64,000 bases of DNA from the human T2T-CHM13v2.0 reference genome, Homo sapiens. The notes under the pieces were generated by a model, which was not told the DNA's origin, made no database searches, and saw only the letters and a program-made list of their open reading frames with translations. Of the stretch, positions 28,461-45,679 are shown in pieces; the first letter of the stretch is position 1; each line of letters opens with the position of its first letter. The DNA lies in assembly GCF_009914755.1 (NCBI RefSeq), contig NC_060934.1; one strand, 5' to 3'. Both the position numbers and the translations under genes were made by a program.

Positions 28461-29106
28461 AACAAGAAGACTCTGCTGCTGCTAAACTGGACAACTTTGC
28501 CCACTGATGCTTTGTCATCTCCATGCTTTTGCTCGCTCATGTTCTCCAGTGATGTGGTCTTTCTAGCCAACTCTATTCTTCTGTAAATCCAACCCATCCC
28601 TGCAGTCTCTGCAAAGTAATCTTGACCAAATATTTCAGCCTACGCTCCTACCTCTACCTCTCCCACTGCCCCACAAAAATCATCTAGAGTCCATATTATT
28701 TCTTTCTGATTGTGAAAATAATGCATGTGTACTGTAGAAATTTTAGACAACACAGCTAATGCAGATGATATAAAAGAAAAAATAGAACATTTCAGATACC
28801 ACTATCCAGAGATCATTGTTGCTTTTATTACAGAGTAAGTCCACCTATTTTTCTATATATAATCATGGAAATTATTTTTTATTTTATTTTATTTTATTAT
28901 CATAATACTTTAAGTTTTAGGGTACATGTGCACAATGTGCAGGTTAGTTACATATGTACACATGTGCCATACTGGTGTGCTGCACCCATTAACTCGTCAT
29001 TTAGCATTAGGTATATCTCCTAATGCTATCCCTCCCCCCTCCCCCCACCCCACAACAGTCCCCAGAGTGTGATGTTCCCCTTCCTGTGTCCATGTGTTCT
29101 CATTGT

Positions 29107-31629
<2,523 letters not shown>

Positions 31630-32117
31630 TAAATTCAGTAATTTTCTCAAGGTCACAGAACAAGTAAAGAACACAGGAGTAGTAAAAAACAGAACCAAGA
31701 CTGGGACACAAGCCTCCAGCCTCCCTGGCTCAGAGCCCCTTGCTGTCTCCACTATGCCCACCATCACCCTGGCCCCTCTGCCCTCTCCATCTCCTCTTAC
31801 TCCTCTTATGTCGCTGCTCTTTCTCCCTTCAAACCCAAGCCAAAACTCCCTCTTACACATTCTCTTCCACCCAGCCATTTGACTTCAAGGATAGTCACTA
31901 TAGCAACAGTAGAAGACTGGTAACAACTTAAATGCACGTCAGCACTGGTTAAATAAGTCACAGGACATCCTCACCGTGGAATACTACACTGCTGGTAAAA
32001 AAGAAAAAGGGAGATTTTAATAATCTCTAATAATCTCCAAAATAATTTTTTAAATTAAACAAAAATATGCAGAACACTGTCTGCAGTTTGCTATCATTTG
32101 TGAATGTAGAGAATATT

Positions 32118-32374
32118 TCTTTCTTCCTTTCTTTCTTTTTTTTTTTTTTTGATACTGGGTCTGGCTCTGTCACCCAGGCTGGAGTGCAGTGGCACAATCA
32201 CTGCAACCTCCACCTCCTGGGCTTAAGCCATTCTCCCACCTCAGTCTTCCAAGCAGCTGGGAGTACAGACACTGGCCAACACGCCCAGCTAATTTTGTAT
32301 TTTTTGTAGAAACGAGGTATCACATGACCTCCCAAAGTGCTGGGGATTACAGGAGTGAGCCACTGCATCTGGCC
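32118..32374 (-). mobile_element. AluJ with internal deletions
   Basis: TSD aatgtagagaatatt. Confidence 0.88.
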
Positions 32375-32411
32375 CAATGTAGAGAATATTCCTACAAAGA
32401 TACACACACGC

Positions 32412-32717
<306 letters not shown>

Positions 32718-32839
32718 GATACATACACACATACATAAATGATACCAGCAGTTGCTTCTGAGAAGGAAAATTAATGGACTGAAGGTGAAGAGTAAGAGGG
32801 GACTTAATTTCACTCGATTATAATGTTTAAATTCTTTCT

Positions 32840-33170
<331 letters not shown>

Positions 33171-33191
33171 TTAACAAGTAAAAACAAAAGC

Positions 33192-33504
<313 letters not shown>

Positions 33505-34379
33505 TTATCTCACTGAGGCCATCTTCACTGCATGTATGTGAATGTGTGTGTGTGTGTTTGTGTGTGTGCACACACGTGCATACCTACTGGTACATAAGTG
33601 TGCACTGCTTCCCTCTCCTGCTTCCTCAAATGAGGCTCACATATCTACCATGGTCAGAGACTGAAGACCTTGTCTCCTCCATCAGGTTAGTATGATTCTG
33701 CAGTAACTTTTAGGCTAAGGACTTTCTTTCTAGTCCTTGCTGTGCCATTCACTAGCTGTGTAAATTTGGATGAGTCATTTGACCTCCCTCAGGGTAGATT
33801 CTGTCTCCTCCATCAGGCTGGTGAAGAGTTCTCCATCAGCTCCTATCACAGCCCTATCACCCAGGCAGGAATGACTTGTTCAATGTTTGTCCTCCCAGTT
33901 AGACTACAAGCTTCGTGAGGACAGACATCGTTTGTGTTCATTGCAGTGTCTGGCACGTGGTGCAGGCTCAGTAAATGTTTGCTCTAAGAATAGATGGGTC
34001 ACAGCTCCCTTGGGTCCAGACTGTCTCCCCGAAGTCCTGCATCCTGGTAGGCATTTGGAGCATATCCTTGGCCACTCAGAAAGAGGGGTGTCACTGGGAA
34101 ATAGGCTCCTCCATTCCTGTTCTTTCCCCAAAGTCCCTCAGCCCAGCTGGGGCATCAGAGCCTGAGACTGTCCTTGTCATTCCATCACAGCCTCCAAAGC
34201 GAGCTCCTGTGGGTTCTAGGCCAGTCTAGGCTTCTCTCACAGGGCAAGGCACCACCCAGGCCAAGGCCAGGCCCCAGACCCATTTCCCCACCCCCAGTCC
34301 AGCCTGAGAACATGGTGGCCCAGCCCAGCCTGGCAGGCCTGGCCCATCAATCGTGCTCCCAGGGGTACAAACCAATTTC

Positions 34380-34690
34380 TCTTGCTTTCCCGAGCCGTCT
34401 CCCTGGCGGAGCCTGGAGGAGCCTTCAGTCGCATTAATCCCAGCCTGGCGGCGGTGACGAAGACGGATTTCTCCACCAAACGATCCATTTGTATCTCTCG
34501 TCCACTCACTTGGTTTTTTCTGTGTGGATGTTCAAAATATCATGAAAAAGGCGTTAGCTGGGTAGCTGTGGCGCAGCGAAATAATAGAGTGATCCGGCAA
34601 TGCGCTCCTGACCTTGCAGGACAGCTAATCCATCCGCACATCTATCTTAATTATTCCCGGTTACAAAAGAGAAACTCCACCATCCATTCA
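34380..34690. promoter_or_regulatory. Candidate conserved enhancer element
   Basis: Non-repeat, CpG-retaining, two TAATCC sites (34435, 34626), TTAATTA. Confidence 0.45.
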
Positions 34691-35748
34691 TTCCAGGCTG
34701 GCAATTCCATTTTCCACCCCCACTCACGCCCTGTCCTTTCTCCACCATTCCCCTAGCCAGATAGGCCCATTCACCACTGCCACAACAGGCCCTCCCTACA
34801 CCAGCCCAATCCAGCCGGGCCTGAGCCCACCTCAGTGCAGCCCAGCCCCCAGCCCACCCACTGCTCCTTAAGATCTAAAGAGATGCACCCAGCTCCCCTT
34901 CCCAGAACTCCAACTGATGTCCATTGGAGAAAGACCAGCTACATACAGGCTTAAGCCTTAGCAGGGACACACACAACATACACACACTGATACTATCATA
35001 CAGGCAGCCGGAGACTAAAAATCTCAGCCAGATCTTAACATTCAGGCTTCCTCTCACACAGACACACAGACAGGCCCATTTCCATCCTCACCCCAAACCA
35101 CACCATTTTAACTCTCCTGCTGCCCTGGCACTGACACTGGGACAGTTGCCAAGATGGGCATTTTAACTGAGGGCAGACTCCATGGGGGGTGTCTTGCTCC
35201 GTCTGTCTTCCAGCCCCAAAGCCAAAGTCCCCACCCGCTGTCTCCTCTCAGGCCTACTCCTTAACACACGCTGGGCAAGCCAGCACTGGAGGGGAAAGGT
35301 GGAAATGTGAGAGAGAAAGAGACCAAAAGAGGAGGAGGAGTGAGGAGAAAGTTTGAGCAGAGATCCTGCAAGGGGGAGAAAAAAGGAGAAGGAAGGGGAG
35401 GACGGGGTAGAGTTTGGCGGTGGCGAGAGTGCCAAGAAGGCCACTGAGCCAGTATGTGAAAGAGCCTGCTTGTATAACACAGTTCCAGCTAATTGTGTCA
35501 GATTCACTTTGGGGATGCCTGTGCCAGTCTCTAAAGCCCCTTCCAATTCTACGCTTTAATGTATGACTTCCAGACCCCTCATTCTTATGATTTTAATGCA
35601 ATCAGCAAAACTAGGCATGTAATTGTCTTGGCTCTGTGCTTGGCCATGGTGGCTCCTGGGAACCCCAGCCCCCGGTTCCCAGGCCCTCCTCCACCAATCC
35701 TTCCCTCCCTCCTTTTTTACCCTTCACTTCAGCTTCAGTCAACAAGTA

Positions 35749-36424
<676 letters not shown>

Positions 36425-37379
36425 TATGTAGTTAGACTTCCTCAGCCCTTGGTGCTGTGAGGGAAAAAGAAGGAGATTCAGTCTTGGGGCTCCTGAACCG
36501 GAACTGACTGAGGAAAGGATATGGAGTGTCTAGGCAGTGGCCACAGTGTGCTGGCCCAGACTGGCTAGATTATTGGGGTTGGGGGAGGACGAGGCTTCCC
36601 GGAGGAACCTGGTGGGCCCCCTCCTTCCCAGAAGCAGCAGGCAGCCTAGGGTGGGCCTGTGGGGCCATGTGCAGGGGAAGGGCCATTTGTCCCAAGACAA
36701 TGGCAGAGAAGGGGTCTCCAAGTGGCTGTCGAGAGCCAATTTGTAGTGGTGATGGCCGAGGTTGCTCTAAAGGCTGGGAACAGCTGGAGCTCCGGGTGAC
36801 TGATGGGTGGGCCCAGGAGAGGGGCCATTGGTCTTGCAGACACAAAGGCCCCGATGGTGTGCGGGTGGGGCCCGTCAAAATCATTAAGTGCGGAAGATGG
36901 GAGCCGGCAGACTTCAGATGGGACCAGTGGGTTGGGGGAAGAGGTCAGGAGCCTGCCCCTCCCTCCCTGCAGCCCCTCCTCCACCCTATTCCTGCTCTGG
37001 AAACTTGGCCACTCACACCCCGATTATCATCTGATTTGCATAGACACCCCCACCCCAGCCTTCCAGTTCCCTCGGCTCTCTCCGTGGGAGTTCAGGCTCC
37101 AGTCCTATTTGAGCAGCTCTGGCTTTGGGGGCTGACCAAGGCGAGATGCCTCCCCGTGCCTCTTGAGGGGATTTGCCCACCCTCAGGCACTGCATTCTCC
37201 AGTCGGTGACCCCATCCACTTCTCAGGGAACAGGGCATTCTAATTTCAGGGACCTCCCCCTCCCCAGTTTCGAAGGGAAGAAACTGAGGCCCAGGGTGCT
37301 GATTTCTCCTGTCTCTCGGCGCCTTCTCTGTGTGGGAAATGCTTCTCCCGCTTGCCCTTCCCTGAGGGTTGGGAGACAG

Positions 37380-37980
37380 TGACACCGGGAGAAACCCGCG
37401 CCCCGCGCCCCCATCCCCCAGGAGCCCCTCCCTCCGCGGCGCTCCGGGCAGAAGAGGGAAGCAGTGACCCGGCCAGGTGGTGATGATGCGGCCGGCCGCG
37501 CTGGTCACTCTTGGCCGCTCCCCGCGCGCAGCCCGACCCCCCTCGTATGGGTCACGGCGCCTGCAAAACTCCCTGACACAGAAACGCCGCGGGGCCTGCG
37601 CGTGTCGGGAACAATCCTGCGCCTGATGGGAAGCGACAGCTCCGCCCCGCCTCCCTCCACTCCTGCCCTCCCGCGGCTCCTCCCGGGCGCCGCGTCCCGC
37701 GCTCCTGCTGCCAGCCCAGCCGGCCTGGGGCGCCCTAGCCGCTGGTCCTGGCCCAACAAGTAGCCACCGACCCCTCCCATGTGGCCTAGGACGGGAGGAG
37801 CTTCTGCCCGGCAGTTGGGGGTGACAAGGATGGGGTAAAGAGGGGCGCCGGGCAGGCGCAGGGCGGGGGGAAGGGGCAGCCCACAGTTGGCGCTACACGA
37901 CTCCGCTTCTGTTTTCCCCGTGTTGACATAGAAATCAGACTGGAAAGAAAGCAACATGTAGAGGGGCTTCCCCGGGTGTG
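37380..37980. promoter_or_regulatory. CpG-island-like block
   Basis: Very GC- and CpG-dense, GC boxes (ccgccccgcc). Confidence 0.8.
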
Positions 37981-39974
37981 AGGTGACAGGTGGGTTTTCC
38001 TGTCTTTTTGTGGATCTGTGTCTCCTGGGCTTGTTTTGTCTTTTTGCGTCCGTTTGTAATAAACACCCCCTCTCCCACCCCCATAAAAGCCAAGCTAGAG
38101 CAGAAGGGCTGTTTGAAGGAGCTCTGCCACCTCCCACCTGGACTCCAGGCCCTGGAGCTGATCCAGCCCACAGGGAGAAAGGCTAGAGCATGCAGGAAGG
38201 GTCCTGGGGGTCAGACCAGGCCAGGAGGTGACCCCTCTCCATCTCCCTCCCTGGACGCTGGCCCTCCTCCCACTTCACCTTGCAGAGGCTGCAGGGGTGT
38301 GGGGAGGAGTGCTGGCTGTAGGGGAAAGGCCTACATGTGCACAAGTAGCCCCTCTGCATTTCCTCACACATGGACACTCAGATACCCAGGGGCACACATC
38401 CACACACACTCACACGTATGTTCATGCCTGCCAGCATGTCCTTGTAGTGATGGCCACTGGCCCAAGAACACATGAACACTTGTGCCCTCCTGTACACGCA
38501 CACACACACACCCTGTCCTTCAAATCCCCAGACAAATACATAGCCCTGTAGTTCTCATCTTCCTCCAGCCCAGCCCCTTCAGACAGCAAGTGCCCCATTC
38601 ATCTCAGATGCCCTCATTCATTCTACAGCTGGCTTTCTGCTTACCCCGACTCCTCCTCCTCCCAATATCTGCTCTCCTGTCCCTCTCCCCAGCCTCCTAC
38701 TCCATTTCTTGGTCTTGAGATATGAGGGGAAATTTGCCTGCTCTACCAGCAGCCCCAGAGTTGGTATGAAAAAAGCAGAGCCTGTAAGAGAAAATGAGGA
38801 GTCCCCCTACTCAGCCCCACCAAATAAGAGGCCTATGTGGGCTCCCTCTGGGCTCCAGGGCTTAAGGGGGGCAGGCAGGCCTCCCCTGCCTTCTGCCTAG
38901 GAACCCCTGGCCATGCCCAGCTCCACAACAGAACTTCCTCCTCCTCTACTCCTACCCTACTCCTACCCATCCTCTGTGGCATAACCTGGGGCCCAGCTTC
39001 TCCAGGCTCCCCTCGGCCCCCTACTCCTATCTGTATCCCTCACTTGACTGACATTCCTTTTGTGCCTTCACCATTGATTCTCTCTTCATAGCTGTGAATC
39101 CTGTGTGCTCCTACAAAACAAGCAAGTCTCCTCTTCATCTTGCATTCCCTACTCCTGCACATCAGCTGACTTCTTCGTGAATGAGTGAATCAGCTGAGGG
39201 ATATTTATGACTTTGGCTTGTGTCTCGGCTATTGAGAGTGACTATGTGTGAGTGAAGAAGTGGGAGCAGGGGCAGCCACATGGGGTAAGTGCCACTATCG
39301 TGTTTCCTCTGTGAAAGTCCTAACAACCCTTGCACGCTTCCTAACTGCCCTACAAGGGAAGTGTCCATTTGATAAAGAAACGAAGGCTCAGAGAGGTCAC
39401 ATTATTTCCCCAAGGTCACAAAGCTTGCCAGACTATCAGAACCTCAGGCTGAGGATGCTAACAGCTTCTGCCTCCCTCCTCATGGCCTGGTGCAGAGGTG
39501 GGGAGAAGCTACCTTCTGATAACCATGCTGCCCCACCCCACCTCTCCAGAGTGAGTGGAACTCTGATCTTCTCTCCAGAAAGGGCCCTAATGGATCTCCC
39601 CCTTTCCAAGCCTTTTCTGTAGCCCTAATTCTCCTTTCTGCTCTCTCTGTTATATCATCTCTGCCCAAGATCACCATGGCTTCAATGTTCCTTTGGCCTT
39701 GAACACCTTGACAGGAAGCCGACTACGATCTTGGTTCTACCACTGACTAGCTGGTGGTCTTGGGCAAATCACTAGTCACAACTGCTGTCTGGCCTCGATT
39801 TCCCCAAGTGTGTGTGGTGGAGTGGGGCTTGAGTAGGTGATGTCTGAGGTTCCCTCTAGCATCAGCATTCTGGACTCCAGTCCCTGGTGAGCGGAGTGCA
39901 AGAACAAACCAGCACTTCACCCAGCCCAGTCCACCCCTCCACCAGGCCCCCCAGAGGGGTTCAGGCTCAAAGAG

Positions 39975-40090
39975 GGCTGGGAAATGCTGTGAATTAATTA
40001 CCATCAGACCTCCGGCCACTGTTCATCTCTGTAAACAAACATTTTAATATGCAGTAATTAATTACATCTGCCACAGCGACCCTCCTCTCG
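39975..40090. promoter_or_regulatory. Short candidate enhancer core
   Basis: GAATTAATTAC, TGTAAACAAACA (forkhead-like), palindrome GTAATTAATTAC. Confidence 0.45.
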
Positions 40091-40769
40091 CTCATCCTTC
40101 TTCAGCTTTTCTTCTGCTCACACTAGACCAACCTCCTCCTCCCAGTTGGAGCCTGAAAGCCAGGCAGAGCCCCCTCTGTCCATCGCCCCAGCCTTCTCCC
40201 CCCACCATCAGATGCAGGTGCTCGCATCTGCCATGCTGCTCTGCAGCTTTTTGTTCTTTTTTCTGTGTCTCTAATGCCCGTCTGTCTTTCTGACAGTCCT
40301 TTGTCTCCAGTTCTCTCTGCCTGGATTTCTCTCCCCAACAAAGTTCCATGCCAGGGACACATTCTGGGAGGAAGGGGCAAATGAGGAAGCCAGTGGATCT
40401 ACCCAAGGTGCCTGAGCATGTTTCAACTCCTCAGTGGGCCAGGACCACGCTAATTTACAGGGATTATCCAAAGACCAGAACAGGCCCTGTTCCAGGACTC
40501 TCCTGCCACAACCACTGGGTTGTGAGCTCCTGGGAGTCCTTCTGACGCTGTTTCTTCTCCTACTCCACCCCCTGCCTCCACAGCAGCTCTGCGTGAAAAA
40601 CGCAGAGGGGAAACAATTGCCCAGTTGAGCCCACCTGGCTATGCCACAGTTACTTTTCGCCATAGCCGGAAATACCACTGTTGGATCCACCTTCTGCGCC
40701 CCAGGCCTCCCCAGCCTCCGTACCCAGGAGGCAGCCAGCTTAGCAGGGTAGGCATGTGGGTGGCCCACC

Positions 40770-41620
40770 AGCTCCTGGAATGGAGCGTACTCCGTTTCTG
40801 GGGAGGTTCCCCGCGTCCTGCCTGGAGTCTAGAAGGGAGCGGGGAAGTGACCAGCACTAGATTAGAGGCGGGAACTCCGGATGAGAAAGAGACGAGGGGG
40901 CCAGGATCCCAGGGCTGGCAGCGACAGGAAGGATGGGAAGAGGTCCGCAGGCCCGACGGGTGCGGGCCAGCCTGGCCGCGCAGGGGGAGCTGGGAGCTGG
41001 GTGGGCGGGGTGGGGCGGACGCCACCAGGCGTGGCGCGGGGAACAGAGCAGAATGAAATGCAGATGCAAAACGTGCTCATAAGAGTTTCCTCTCTCTCCC
41101 CATCTGCCAAAGCCGAGATTTTAATCTTTAATCCATGAGCAATCAGCGAGCAGCGGCGAATGGCACATTACAGATGTTTTACTGTCGCGGGCGCTCGCAG
41201 CTTTCGCGCTCGGCACAGGCGCGCCGGGCGCCCCCGCTCCGCCCGCCCCCTCTTCTCCCCCTCTGGTTCTTCTTCCTCTCCCCTCCCCAGGTCCCCGTTT
41301 AACACTATCCCCCTCACCTGCACGCTCCTGGCCCGCAGCGGAGGTGGGACTGGGGAGCAGGGCCTGGGACTCCGCTGGTGGGGGTACACGCAGGGGCACT
41401 GGCGGGGGCGGGGGGCGACGGCACTCAGAATTGCGCTGAGGCAAATTCCCCGCCAGGTCCAGATTGGGGGGCGCGAGGACAGGAGCATCGAGTGCCCGGA
41501 TAGCTGAGCCCCCCCACTCCCCATCCCCTTCCTGGACCCCACGTCTAGGGCCGCTGGCGGCTCCTGCGATTAGCGCTCCAGATGTTTGGCTGCGCTAGGG
41601 CTCCGCTTTCCAGATGTTGG
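40770..41620. promoter_or_regulatory. CpG-island-like block with AT-richer core (41050-41190)
   Basis: Dense CpG, GC boxes; core with TTAATC/TAATCC/CATTA. Confidence 0.8.
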
Positions 41621-41969
41621 ACACCTTTGTTCTCACGTTTGGGATCGCCATCCCTTCAGCATGATGAGGAAGGAGAGTCCTGTAGCTGTCAGATCTGGGA
41701 GTTGCTAGGAAAATCTAGTGGCATGGAGTCTTTTAGAGAAGCTGATAAAATCTCACTTCAGTTGGGAAGTTCAGCCCTCTGGAGTCCCTCCCACTTCTTG
41801 GGAGCTTGAATATTGGGAGGAAGGTGAGAAGCCTAGGAATGTGACCCTGGAACTCATAGCAGGACCTGAGTCCAATATACTACCCCCTCACTCAGCCCCT
41901 GTAGGATCCCTGAAAGCCCCAGAAATATATTCTTCCCCAGTTCAGCAATCCTTAGCAGTGATTCCAGTT

Positions 41970-42130
41970 TGCAAAGATACATTTGTGATTAATTAATGTC
42001 TGTCACCTCCACTAGTCCATAAGTTCCATGAGGTCAAGAACTGTATTTTCACTCATCATTGTGTTCCTTGGGTCTAGCACAGGGCCTAGCACATAGTAGA
42101 TGCTCAATAAATATTTGTTGACTGAATGAA
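41970..42130 (+). mobile_element. L2 3' end
   Basis: ctagcacagggcctagcacatagtagatgctcaataaatatttgttgactgaatgaa. Confidence 0.8.
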
Positions 42131-42849
42131 GGCATTTGTGAGGTCTACTGTAATCTTGAACATGTTTTTTGGTGCTACTATCAATGAAGACAGGCTCTTC
42201 ACCCCAGCACAAAAGCATGGGTACACCACTCCATCACATCGACACTCCTCCCCAACTGCAGCCCTCTTTCTAGGTAACAGCCTCCTTCATGCCCCCACCC
42301 CACCACTGCCCCACCCACCTCTATGGTGGATCTTTCCTATTAGTTAGAAGGAATCCCAGGGCAAGAGTGTGTCTGACACTAAACCAGGGCTCCTTTGGCC
42401 AGGGCCCCATAAGCTAGGCCCCCTCTGACTTAACCTTCACCCCCAACCCTTGGTCACCACTCCCTCCCCAGCTGACCTCTTCCCTTTGCATGGCCACAGA
42501 ACTATCACCCTCTCTTATGCTCCCCTAATCTAGCGGTTCCAAACGTACCCCAATCCCAGCCCAGCCACAACCTGGTCCAATAGCCCACTTCACTCACCAG
42601 GGACCATCCCATCACATGGGACTCCCTATTCCCCACCCCAAGTGGCTTAGGGCCTTCTGGGAAGAAAAAAGGAGGGGAGGATGTAGAGACCGGAAATGTG
42701 GAGGATAAAGAGGTGGAAAAAAAGGAAAGCTAGACAGATGAAAAAAGGAGATCCACAACAGAGAAAGGCGTGGAGAAGGGCAGAGACAGAGACCAACGAA
42801 GTGGGGTCGGGTAGAAAGAGGCGGATATAAAGGCAGGCCAGAGAGAGTG

Positions 42850-43700
42850 AATGGCCGCGTCAGCCGCAAAGAGGCCCAGACAGATGGACGCAGGCAGGAA
42901 GACGGACAGGAGAGAGAGAGAGACAACGTGCGCCCGAGGCTGAAGAGCTGGGTCAAGAAGAGATTCGGCTTCCGGGAGCAGGGGCGTCCGGGAGGGACTG
43001 CCCAGGGCGCCCCGCTGCCCGAAGCCCAGCCCCGCCCCAGCCGCCGCCGGCGCCGTCTGTCGGCAGCCGCCCTGGGCCTAGGCCGCAGGGTCCACAGGCG
43101 GCCCTGACAGGCGGCGGCGGCGGTGAGGGAAGCCGGAGCGAGAGGCAGCGGAGCCGCGTGTGTGTTTTTATTATTATTATTTCTGATTAAAGAGGAATTC
43201 ATCTCGTATCTGCCTCCTGCCAGGGGCCGAGGCTCCGCCATTGGGGTTAACGGTGCGGAAGAATACAAAAAAATTTCATTGAGGAGGATTATAAAAGTTA
43301 CTAGCTGGAACATTAACAGAAGAGTAACTTGTAAAAAATGCAATATTACAATATTCACAAGGACGGCAGAGCGTGGTAAAGCTATAAAATTCAACATTAA
43401 AACCTTCCACAGCCTAGATAACCTAGTTAACAAACATGGGATTGGAACTACTTTTCTGTGGAGACAGGAATACGCGCCGGGGCTGGTCACACCTCTTCCG
43501 CGGGAGGGGCGGGGTCGGCGGCCACGGCCTAGCCGCGCCCCCCGTCCGCCTCGGCCTCCTCCCCGGGAAAATGGGCACAACCCGGTCCAGCGCTGGGGAA
43601 TGCCTGAGGAAGCCTTCAGAACCTCAGACAGGGCTGCTTACTTGCGACGTTTTCTTTCATGGGAAGCGCTGATTAAAGCAGAGAGTTCAACGTGGATTTA
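42850..43700. promoter_or_regulatory. CpG-island-like block with embedded AT-rich candidate CNE (43160-43470)
   Basis: GC/CpG-dense flanks with (GCC)n/(GGC)n around a 300-bp AT-rich high-complexity core. Confidence 0.8.
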
Positions 43701-43739
43701 GACCTGTCGAATAGGATATACATTTCTATAATTGCAGGA

Positions 43740-44600
43740 TTTGTGCGTGACATCTATTAAAGCTTGTGTGTGTATGTGTGCGTGTGCTGGATATGTGTAT
43801 CCGGGGTCTCTGTATGTATGTGCATAGTACTTGAGAACATAATGCATGGTTTGTAAAGGTGTATGTTAATAGGGTATGCGGGGCATGGTGTTTTGAGATG
43901 AAGGGTGTGTATTCATAATATGTACGTATACCAAGCGAGTCTCTATGTGGGATATACGTGCATATGCACAGAATCTCAGTGTGGTTAAGATACGTGTCTA
44001 GATAGCAGAGACATTTGCTGAATATATGTGTGTGCATGGTGTTTTCATGTACAGGATATATATGCCATTGCAGGCATATTACATATCTTTTTCCAAGGTG
44101 TGTTTATAAAGAGGATATATGTTTGCCTCATTCTGTGTGTATGTGTGAGTGTGCAAGGTGTATATATTAGAGGGCATTATGTGGTTGTGAACACAGGATG
44201 TTTAAATAGTATCAAAATATAATATGGTGGCACATGTTCTCAGGACCTCCTGAGGGCTGTGTCACAGGCCATAATAAAAAAGAAAAAGAAAGAAAAATAA
44301 ATATGTAATATGTTGGTTGTGTCCACAGAGTATGTATTTATGCATAGAGTTGTGTGAGATAATATATACAAATGTGTATATGTGTGTGCAGGGCGTGTGT
44401 ATATGTGTACAGTGTGAGTGTATGTGAGCAGAGGGGATGTTTGTGGATATGTGTGTCTAGGTATTTTGTATATATTCATGTGTCTGTAGCACATATGTAT
44501 TTGAGCAGAATATATCTATATGTGCAAGGCATGTGTATATATGTATAAAAAATACACAGACATTGTGTGAGTTGTCTGAGTATGTAGGGTGTCTGCAGGT
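43740..44600. repeat. Degenerate TG/TA-rich low-complexity tract
   Basis: Direct reading. Confidence 0.75.
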
Positions 44601-44639
44601 GCAGAAACAGAGCATTTGTTTCTATCAGCTTCTGAATAC

Positions 44640-44815
44640 TTGTGGTGTGGTGGTTAAGCTCATAGACTTACTTGTAGCTTTGTCATATGCTAAGCCTGTG
44701 ACCTTGGGCAAACAACTTAGCCTCTGGCTTCTTAGCTTCCCTATTTGCAAGATGGGGATAGTAATAGTGCCTACTTCATAGAGTTATTATTAGGATTAGA
44801 TGAGTTAATAGTTAC
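44640..44815 (+). mobile_element. MIR (resumes after ~45680)
   Basis: gtgaccttgggcaaacaacttagcctctggcttcttagcttccctatttgcaagatggggatagtaatagtgcctac; resumes as taaagtgcttagaacagtg. Confidence 0.8.
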
Positions 44816-45679
44816 TGTGGTAAGAAGAATAATGGCTGCCCCCCCCAAATGTCCACATCCTAATCCCCAAAACCTATGAATATGCTATCTTCATGGCAAA
44901 GGGGATTTTGCAGCTGTGATTAATTTTAAAATCTTGAGATTATCCTGCATTATCCAGATGGGCCCAATGTCATCACAAAAATTCTTTATAAGGGAAACAA
45001 GAATATCCGAGTCAAAGGAGGTGTGAGATCGAAAGCAGAGATTGGAATGATGTGGTCATGAGCCAAGGAATGTGGGTAGTTTCTAGACTACGGAAAAGGC
45101 AAAGAAACTGTTTCACGGTAGGCAGGTCTATTCAAACCTACCCCCAAATCTGAGGAAGTTGAGAGGACAAGCAAACGAGAGGCTAACAAATCCAGTTTCT
45201 TAGAACAAAACACTTAATAGGGACTTATGAACAGAAGCCGTGTGAGTATCTCAGTCAGCAGTGAGAGGAGATGGTGGATCCCTGTGCCTTTATCCCCCAG
45301 ACCCAGGGCTTATATGCCCATGAGGAAAGCATGATTCAGAAGGGATATATAGGACAACTGAAGTATGATAATATCAAGGTTGTTTGACACAAGGGCAGAA
45401 TTTGTAGTAAGTACCTGCTTTTACACAAAGAACAATAGATAAACTGGAAATCTTAGCGGCCTTTCCAGAACTGGGGTTAATCAGAAGTCAACGTGGCAGA
45501 TTAGCATCCAAGAAGGAGTTGCTTTAGCCTGCACAAAAACAAATTCTCCCCCTGAAGGAACAAAGCCCTGCCAACCCATTTTAGACTTCTGAACTCAAGA
45601 AAGGTATGATAACAACTGTGTTGTTTGAAGCCACTAAGTTTTAGGTAACTTATTACAGCAGCAATAGGAAACTAACACA
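44816..45679 (+). mobile_element. MaLR solo LTR (MLT1B/C-like) split by another LTR
   Basis: tgtggtaagaagaataatggc...atgtccacatcctaatcccc...gcagcaataggaaactaacaca. Confidence 0.82.
45109..45535 (-). mobile_element. ERV solo LTR (LTR47-like)
   Basis: TG...CA ends, near 5-bp TSD gaaac/aaaac; reverse complement starts tgtgcaggctaaagcaactccttcttggatgctaatctgcc. Confidence 0.7.

Noticed and set aside
36526-38475. Cluster of 100-227-aa overlapping ORFs
   Set aside because: Overlapping on both strands, no homology I recognise, GC-driven.
42612-43580. 322-aa minus-strand ORF and overlapping 192-aa plus ORF
   Set aside because: No recognisable domain; R/G/P- and L/S/F-rich segments track CGI and GA-tract composition; non-ATG starts.
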